A stretch of DNA of 64,000 nt from Anaerolineae bacterium (lineage in GTDB: Bacteria; Chloroflexota; Anaerolineae; Anaerolineales; E44-bin32), in NCBI GenBank assembly GCA_011174845.1, contig DUEW01000102.1:2989-66988 (forward strand), given 5' to 3'. Position numbers and translations under genes: made by a program. The notes under the pieces were generated by a model. That model saw nothing but the letters and a program-made list of their open reading frames with translations. It made no database searches and was not told the DNA's origin. The first letter of the stretch is position 1, and each line of letters begins with the position of its first letter. Of the stretch, positions 58,090-64,000 are shown piece after piece.

Positions 58090-58547
58090 ATGATTAGGAA
58101 ATGGTGTGTTCGGTTAGGAGCGATAATCCCCACATCCGGCTGGGACTCAAATTCGGACATTTATAGGCAGGTCGGGCTCCCACGCCCGGCTTGACGGCGG
58201 CGTGGGAATGTTCGACTGAGCTCACGCCGACGCCCACCTCTGCTTGTGAACGGTATCATTCATCCACTTATGGAAGCATGTACTCTGGAATGTCCGAACT
58301 CAAGTCCGATGTTCGACCCCATCCAATGGTTTCTCGGTGCTTAGCCTCTATCAGTTCCCAACAAGTGTCTGCAGCTACAACCTGCCAAAAAGTCATGATT
58401 CAGGATACGACCTTCGGGATGCGATGATACGCTACAGAAGGCTTGCGGATAAATGGGATGCCTAGGATATTTTGAATTCAAACGGGCCGCATTTGGGACC
58501 GAAATACCTTTCCAAACTCTCAAATCTGATCAAAAAAGTGCATATCC

Positions 58548-58575
58548 TTGACACCCCTTAACCGCGAAGTATAAT
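58548..58575 (+). promoter_or_regulatory. Near-consensus sigma-70 promoter upstream of nuoB
   Basis: TTGACA (58548-58553), a 16-nt spacer, then TATAAT (58570-58575). An 8-bp GC hairpin (ggggcctg...caggcccc, 58590-58620) and a GGAGGGTGG RBS precede ATG 58638. Confidence 0.55.
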
Positions 58576-58637
58576 TTTTTTAAAGGTGGGGGGCCTGACG
58601 GCGAGAAGGCGACAGGCCCCTTATCGCGGAGGGTGGA

Positions 58638-59279
58638 ATGGGTGATGATCTAAACGGACCTGAGTATCAGGTTCCTGAAGAACTCCGTAGTCATATCACC
58701 ATCACAACATTGGATCGGATTTATAACTGGGGTCGTAGATCCTCCGTATGGCCGATGATGTTTGGCCTTGCGTGTTGCGCGATCGAAATGATCTGTGTTG
58801 CGGCCAGCAGATATGATTTTTCAAGATTCGGTATGGAAGTGATGAGGCCAAGCCCCCGTCAAAGCGATTTGATGATCGTTTCCGGAACGGTAACGAAGAA
58901 GATGATCCCCCAGATCGTTCGCTTGTACAATCAAATGCCCGAACCCAAGTATGTGCTCGCCATGGGCGCGTGCGCTTCTGGCGGTGGTCCCTTCAAAGAA
59001 GGCTATAACGTGGTCTCAGGTGTGGATAAATTCATCCCTGTAGATGTCTACGTCCCTGGATGCCCTCCAACTCCACAAGCATTGCTTAACGGTTTAATTA
59101 AGCTTCAGGAGAAGATTGATACGCAATCTATCCGAACAGTGCGTTGGTATAAACGAGAGGCCTCAGAACCGATACCCATTCCCATACTAGGACCCGATCT
59201 CATTGATCCCCGTGACATCCCGATTCTTGATGCAAAACGAGCTTCGGTTGTAAAGCCTGACGTTCCAGAAAATTCCTGA
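58638..59279 (+). CDS. nuoB: NADH-quinone oxidoreductase subunit B
   Basis: The N2-cluster cysteines sit in canonical contexts ([24 protein letters not shown]). Confidence 0.9.
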   Translation: MGDDLNGPEYQVPEELRSHITITTLDRIYNWGRRSSVWPMMFGLACCAIEMICVAASRYDFSRFGMEVMRPSPRQSDLMIVSGTVTKKMIPQIVRLYNQMPEPKYVLAMGACASGGGPFKEGYNVVSGVDKFIPVDVYVPGCPPTPQALLNGLIKLQEKIDTQSIRTVRWYKREASEPIPIPILGPDLIDPRDIPILDAKRASVVKPDVPENS

Positions 59280-59336
59280 TTGAACGGCAAATCGGGAAGT
59301 GAGACAAATTACCAAATAAGCGAAGGTTCTCGGCAG

Positions 59337-61067
59337 ATGACTTTAGAAGAATATACAGATCGTTTTACAGGTATGCTCAACTTCGATGAACGCAAAGGAT
59401 ATGAGGGGTACATTGTTCATAGTGAGCGGTTGGTTGAGTTTGCAAGAACCATCAGAGATGAATTGGGATACGATTACCTCTCATCGGTCACGGGTGTGGA
59501 CTACTTGCCGGATGAACAGATTGAGGTCGTCTATCATGCGTACCGCTCGCAGGGTGGACCGGGTTTAGTTTTTAAGGTCCAAGTCCCGCGTATCAATCCT
59601 ATCGTCCCATCGTTGGTCTCGATTTTCCCGGGAGCAGATTTTCAGGAAAGAGAAGCCTGGGATCTGCTTGGAATTCGCTTTGAAGGCCACCCTAATCTCA
59701 GGCGGATTTTGATGTGGGAGGGCTTTCATGGCCATCCACTACGCAAAGACTGGGAAGAGCCTTATTTTGAGGAGTCAGAAAAACCCTTCAACAGTCGTTG
59801 GCCAGAGGGAAAAGCTTTTCGAATCGAGGAAAACAAGCCTTTCAAGAAGAACGTCCAGTATCCACCTGAATTTACGCCGGATGGATGGATACCAGAAGCG
59901 GATACTGCGCTCTATTCTGGCATGGTACGGCTTGGCGCGAAAGACGCAGGCAACGGTCGTTCGTTGGAGACGGATCAGATCCTCGTTAATTTGGGACCCC
60001 AACACCCATCAACGCACGGAGTGTTCCGAATGGTAGTGAGCCTCGATGGGGAAGAGATCGCTGATCTGCAACCGGTCTTGGGTTACCTACACCGTAATCA
60101 CGAAAAAATTGGTGAACGGAACACCTACTTAATGAACATGCCATTTACGGATCGCCTGGACTACCTCGCTTCGATGGGGAACAACTTTGGTTATGCGTTG
60201 GCGGTTGAGAAGTTGATGGGGATCACTCCCCCGGAGCGCGCGGAATATATTCGGGTGATGATGGCAGAACTTACCAGAATCGTAAGTCACCTATTTTCCA
60301 TCGGCACCTTGCTCAATGACCTGGGTGCTTTCTTTACCCCAATGCTCTATGCGCTTACAGAGCGCGAGTTAATCCTCGATATATTTGAAGCTGTGTCGGG
60401 TTCGCGGATGATGTGTAATTACTTCCGTTTTGGGGGAGTAGCTCGTGACCTACCTGAGGGCATTTTGGAGAAGGTGTACGAACTGGTCACAGAACGTTTG
60501 CCGCGTAAGGTGGATGAGTTGGATACCTATTTAACGGATAACGAGATCGTGCGCACTCGGTCCATTGGGATTGGTGTATTACCACGAGAGCAAGCGATTG
60601 AGTACTCCGCAGCAGGTCCTGTCCTACGGGCGTCTGGTGTTGGCTATGATGTAAGACGGGCTGAATCTTATTCCATTTATGATCGGTTCGATTTCGATGT
60701 CGCCATCCGTCACAATGGTGATGTTTACGATCGCTACCTGGTGCGATTAGAAGAGATTCGCCAAAGTTTACGCATCCTTCAACAAGTCGTACGTGATATT
60801 CCGGATGGTGAGTTCCAGACGGGGAAACCACAATATCAAGTTCGAGTACCGCCAGGTGAGTCGTATGGGCGGGTGGAGAACCCGAAGGGTGAATTGGGTT
60901 TTTATATCGTTTCCAACGGTAAACCTAATCCATGGCGGTACCACATCCGTTCGCCGTCCTTTATCAACTTAACGGCTTTTGGTGAAATGTGTAAGGGGCA
61001 CAAGATCGCTGATGTGGTAGCCATATTAGGGTCGATTGATATTGTATTAGGAGAAGTAGATCGCTAG
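59337..61067 (+). CDS. nuoCD: Fused NADH-quinone oxidoreductase subunit C/D
   Basis: The N-terminal ~170 aa are NuoC-like ([23 protein letters not shown]). The remainder is NuoD ([15 protein letters not shown] ... [12 protein letters not shown]). No NiFe-hydrogenase Cys motifs are present. ATG 59337 is preferred over TTG 59280. Confidence 0.9.
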   Translation: MTLEEYTDRFTGMLNFDERKGYEGYIVHSERLVEFARTIRDELGYDYLSSVTGVDYLPDEQIEVVYHAYRSQGGPGLVFKVQVPRINPIVPSLVSIFPGADFQEREAWDLLGIRFEGHPNLRRILMWEGFHGHPLRKDWEEPYFEESEKPFNSRWPEGKAFRIEENKPFKKNVQYPPEFTPDGWIPEADTALYSGMVRLGAKDAGNGRSLETDQILVNLGPQHPSTHGVFRMVVSLDGEEIADLQPVLGYLHRNHEKIGERNTYLMNMPFTDRLDYLASMGNNFGYALAVEKLMGITPPERAEYIRVMMAELTRIVSHLFSIGTLLNDLGAFFTPMLYALTERELILDIFEAVSGSRMMCNYFRFGGVARDLPEGILEKVYELVTERLPRKVDELDTYLTDNEIVRTRSIGIGVLPREQAIEYSAAGPVLRASGVGYDVRRAESYSIYDRFDFDVAIRHNGDVYDRYLVRLEEIRQSLRILQQVVRDIPDGEFQTGKPQYQVRVPPGESYGRVENPKGELGFYIVSNGKPNPWRYHIRSPSFINLTAFGEMCKGHKIADVVAILGSIDIVLGEVDR

Positions 61068-61105
61068 CTATTTCCTTGAAAGTGGATAGATTTCAGGAGA
61101 ACTGT

Positions 61106-61714
61106 ATGTACGGTATTGGGCTGATCAAGGGTTTAGGTGTCACCCTCAAGCATTTCATTGAGACCTATCTGGACGATATCCGATGGTTAGGACGGCGTTA
61201 CTATCGGGATGAATCTCTTGCGGAAAGGCAAGGGCCCCATGCGCGAGGGATTTTCACTGTTCAGTACCCTGAGGAAAAGCTCCCGGTCCCTGAGGAATTC
61301 CGTTGCATTCCTTTCCTGGTTTATGAAGTGGGCGAGGATGGAGAGCGGTTGTATCGCTGCACATCGTGCGGCATCTGTTCAAAAGTATGCCCTCCGCAAT
61401 GTATCTGGATCGTACGTTCAAACGATCCCGAAACCGGTCGCCCCATACCTTCACCAACGGAGTTCTTCATCGACATTGATATCTGTATGAATTGTGGATT
61501 GTGTGCTGAGTATTGTCCATTTGACGCAATCAAGATGGACCACGATTATGAGTTGGCATCTTATGATCGATTAGCCGATCACATCTACAACAAGGAACGA
61601 CTATCGAAACCTGTCACATACTATGAATCGATACGACCGATGAATTTCGCTTTCGAAGAGGCTGCTCGCGCAGAAAAGGAGGCCGCCAAGGAGGCTAGGC
61701 GTAAAGCGAAATAA
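61106..61714 (+). CDS. nuoI: NADH-quinone oxidoreductase subunit I (2x[4Fe-4S]) with a Lys/Ala-rich tail
   Basis: CTSCGICSKVCP and CMNCGLCAEYCP motifs. AGGAGA RBS before ATG 61106. Confidence 0.85.
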   Translation: MYGIGLIKGLGVTLKHFIETYLDDIRWLGRRYYRDESLAERQGPHARGIFTVQYPEEKLPVPEEFRCIPFLVYEVGEDGERLYRCTSCGICSKVCPPQCIWIVRSNDPETGRPIPSPTEFFIDIDICMNCGLCAEYCPFDAIKMDHDYELASYDRLADHIYNKERLSKPVTYYESIRPMNFAFEEAARAEKEAAKEARRKAK

Positions 61715-61749
61715 TCACATCGGCCTTTTGATTTACGCAGGTAGGTGAG

Positions 61750-62118
61750 TTGGTGTATCACAGCGACACAGAAATACTCTTTCCCATGCGGGTCGCACCT
61801 TATCTTAGGGACCTACGCGGTGACGCATGGAGGGATCTTGTCGACAAGGTTTGTTGGTCTCTAGACGCTTCACTCGATCAACTAGCCTTCAGCCTACTTT
61901 TAGTCCGCTTATGTGGTTGCCTCACTTGTTATACGCATTCCTATCGGGCGCTGCGAGGATGTACCCTTTGCGCGACACACACCGTACGACGTTTTAGGGG
62001 TGCCGATTCCGAATTGCTGCAACTCTTTCAGCTTTCTCGATCCGAAGTAGTTGCATTCAATGAGAAAGGCCAACCTTTAGCAGGTTTTTTCGATCAGCCA
62101 ATTCCTGGAGGAAAGTAA
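61750..62118 (+). CDS. Hypothetical Cys-rich protein
   Basis: A 122-aa ORF with the cluster CGCLTC...C..C. Its stop overlaps the mrp start (TAATG). The start is uncertain (TTG 61750, GTG 61753 or ATG 61786). Confidence 0.45.
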   Translation: MVYHSDTEILFPMRVAPYLRDLRGDAWRDLVDKVCWSLDASLDQLAFSLLLVRLCGCLTCYTHSYRALRGCTLCATHTVRRFRGADSELLQLFQLSRSEVVAFNEKGQPLAGFFDQPIPGGK

Positions 62119-63206
62119 TGAGTATTGACGACGTTTCCCTTACGCCAGAGGAGATCGAGGCTGCACTCCGTAATGTTATGGATCCTGAGCTCAATAAAGA
62201 TCTTGTCAGTTTAGGTATGATCCAGGATCTAACGGTCAGGGATGGCAAGGTTAAATTTACTATAGAGTTGACGACTCCTGCGTGCCCCATGAAGTCAAAG
62301 ATAGAAGCAGATGCGCGACAGGCCGTCGAATCACTGCCCGGCGTTTCGGAAGTTGAGATTCATCTGACCTCCAATGTGCCATCAAATGATCAAATCCAAG
62401 GTCTCGCCCAGCGACCGATTCGGAACTCGATTGCCATCGCCTCCGGCAAAGGCGGTGTTGGAAAATCAACCATTGCAGTGAATGTAGCGGTCGTGTTAGC
62501 TAACTATGGATCGCGCGTCGGTTTACTCGATGCTGATATCTATGGCCCCAATATCCCCACCATGATGGGGGTGGAGACCATCCCCTCTCCAGAGGAAAAC
62601 AAACTTTTACCTGCAGAAGCCTTTGGCGTCAAGCTTATGTCGATCGGTTTCTTGGTCCAGCCAGGTCAACCCCTGATCTGGCGTGGTCCAATGCTCCATA
62701 GTGCCATTCGTCAGTTCATCACCGATGTGAAATGGGGAGAATTAGATTACTTGATCATCGATCTCCCCCCTGGCACCGGAGATGTGCAATTGAGTCTGGC
62801 TCAATCTATGCCTCTTTCTGGAGGTGTGATCGTGACCTTGCCGCAAAAGGTTTCTATTGAAGACGCGCGGCGCGGATTGGAAATGTTCCGCGCAATGGAC
62901 GTCCCTGTGTTAGGAATTGTCGAAAACATGAGCTATCTCGAGCTACCAAATGGCGACCGCTTGGATATCTTTGGTCAGGGAGGTGGTGAGCAACTCGCGC
63001 GGGATACCGCTTTGCCCTTTATCGGTGCAATCCCTTTGGATCCCGCTGTACGTGAAGGTGGCGACGCTGGTGTGCCGATCGTGATCTCGAGTCCGGAATC
63101 CCCAGTGGCAAAGGCGTTAATTGCGGTAGCAGAGGATTTAGCGGCTAAGGTGTCTATCCAGGCTAAAAGACGTAACCAGAACATTCCGATTGATATCATC
63201 GATTAG
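62118..63206 (+). CDS. mrp: Mrp/ApbC/NBP35-family Fe-S cluster carrier ATPase with an N-terminal DUF59 domain
   Basis: DUF59 block (V.DPEL..DLV.LGMI..L) and deviant Walker A IASGKGGVGKST. Also DADIYGP, DLPPGTGD and ENMSY blocks. Confidence 0.9.
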   Translation: MSIDDVSLTPEEIEAALRNVMDPELNKDLVSLGMIQDLTVRDGKVKFTIELTTPACPMKSKIEADARQAVESLPGVSEVEIHLTSNVPSNDQIQGLAQRPIRNSIAIASGKGGVGKSTIAVNVAVVLANYGSRVGLLDADIYGPNIPTMMGVETIPSPEENKLLPAEAFGVKLMSIGFLVQPGQPLIWRGPMLHSAIRQFITDVKWGELDYLIIDLPPGTGDVQLSLAQSMPLSGGVIVTLPQKVSIEDARRGLEMFRAMDVPVLGIVENMSYLELPNGDRLDIFGQGGGEQLARDTALPFIGAIPLDPAVREGGDAGVPIVISSPESPVAKALIAVAEDLAAKVSIQAKRRNQNIPIDIID

Positions 63207-63375
63207 CGTCCTGTGGTCGTCGTATAGTTTTGGAATGCCATTTCGGGACGTGTGGAGATCGCACCCCTTGAATTTGCTGGGGCCGAAACCGAATTCGGTC
63301 CTTTTGCGTATCCACATTGAATACATTATGATGAGTATAGAGATTAACCTTCGAGATGGTTCTCGTAAAAGGTAA

Positions 63376-64000
63376 ATGATGACGAACAAGATGGTCGCAT
63401 CCAAAGTCGTAGCAATCCGTTTTCAGCCCACTGGGAAGGTTTATCATTTCGATGCTTCAGAAGTTGCAGATGTAAAGATCGGCGATTACGTTCTCGTTTC
63501 GACCAGTCGAGGGAATGAATTAGGGCAAGTAGTCAGCCTCATTACCGACCGCTCAGATTTTCTAGAAGGGGGCATAAAGGCGATCGAACGCCTAGCTACA
63601 CCGCAAGAATTGGTTGTGCGGCGGATCTGGCAGGAGCGTGAGCTCGAAGTATTGATCGATTGCCGAGCTCAAGCGTCTAAGTTAGGGTTGAGAGGCGTTA
63701 AATTCGCGAAAGCTGAATTCTCATACGATGGTTCAAGACTTACCTTTCTATATAGTGTTGAAGGAGATGAAAGCGTCGACCTTAAAGAATTGCGTATGCA
63801 GATGCGAAAGGTGTATCGAAAATCAAAGATTGAGATGCGGCAGGTTGGCCCACGGGATGTGGCGAAATTGTATCGGGGAATGGGAGCGTGTGGACTGGAA
63901 GAACGTTGTTGTTCGAAATTCCTCACGGAATTCAGCCCAGTATCCATTCGGATGGCAAAAGCTCAGGGTGTTTCTCTCAACCCTCAAGAAATTACCGGAT
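63376..64000 (+). CDS. PSP1-domain protein (RicT/YaaT-like), truncated by the window end
   Basis: Translated by hand from ATG 63376. It is open to the window end, which is why it is absent from the ORF track. The PSP1 core is AEFSYDGSRLTFLYSVEGDESVDLKELRMQMRKVYRKSKIEMRQVGPRDVAK..GG.G.CG...CC..FL.EF. Confidence 0.8.
   Translation, partial: MMTNKMVASKVVAIRFQPTGKVYHFDASEVADVKIGDYVLVSTSRGNELGQVVSLITDRSDFLEGGIKAIERLATPQELVVRRIWQERELEVLIDCRAQASKLGLRGVKFAKAEFSYDGSRLTFLYSVEGDESVDLKELRMQMRKVYRKSKIEMRQVGPRDVAKLYRGMGACGLEERCCSKFLTEFSPVSIRMAKAQGVSLNPQEITG

Noticed and set aside
59280-59336. TTG start at 59280 for nuoCD, abutting the nuoB stop
   Set aside because: The extra 19 residues ([18 protein letters not shown]) have no NuoC counterpart, so ATG 59337 is preferred. 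The longer form cannot be excluded.
1-64000. tRNA, rRNA, tmRNA, RNase P, transposase or integrase
   Set aside because: A by-eye scan for T-loop GGTTCGAATCC-like boxes on both strands and for conserved rRNA or RNase P blocks found nothing. No ORF shows DDE or RHRY catalytic motifs. This is a negative result by inspection only, and tRNAscan or Infernal should confirm it.

Overview
The window is about 64 kb of bacterial chromosome with moderate GC and roughly 60 protein-coding genes, most on the + strand. I found no rRNA, tRNA, CRISPR array, transposase or catalytic integrase. Pro/Thr/Glu-rich lipoprotein linkers, a TIGR03663-like glycosyltransferase and many GC-rich palindromic intergenic repeats suggest Chloroflexota (Anaerolineae-like), but this is inference only. 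From 0.4 to 35 kb the content is a run of small accessory and detoxification-type genes. These include three ICMT-like membrane methyltransferases, five GNATs, two GyrI-like proteins, DinB/ClbS four-helix proteins, MBL, NUDIX and VOC enzymes, an ABC-2 exporter, RNase HI, MscL and a WYL regulator. From 35 to 47 kb there is an FGE-family lipoprotein, a 1126-aa GT39-like/NHL fusion, an orphan SagB-type dehydrogenase, a DUF4332 protein, a crotonase and a DAG-kinase/PlsC pair. From 47 to 64 kb there are phnDCE on the minus strand, a CaCA-USP fusion, a four-subunit 2-oxoacid:ferredoxin oxidoreductase, a short nuoB-nuoCD-nuoI operon behind a near-consensus promoter, an Mrp/ApbC Fe-S carrier and a partial PSP1/RicT gene. 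I did not find a convincing canonical multi-gene novel system such as a defence system, RiPP cluster, DGR or retron. The strongest unexplained signal is a family of nested-palindrome elements that includes a tandem array at 42.5-43.1 kb. Next are the membrane-subunit-less nuoB-CD-I module coupled to a Cys-rich ORF and Mrp, a bacterial DRG-like GTPase, and several unusual domain fusions. All family assignments come from motif recognition by eye and no searches were run.
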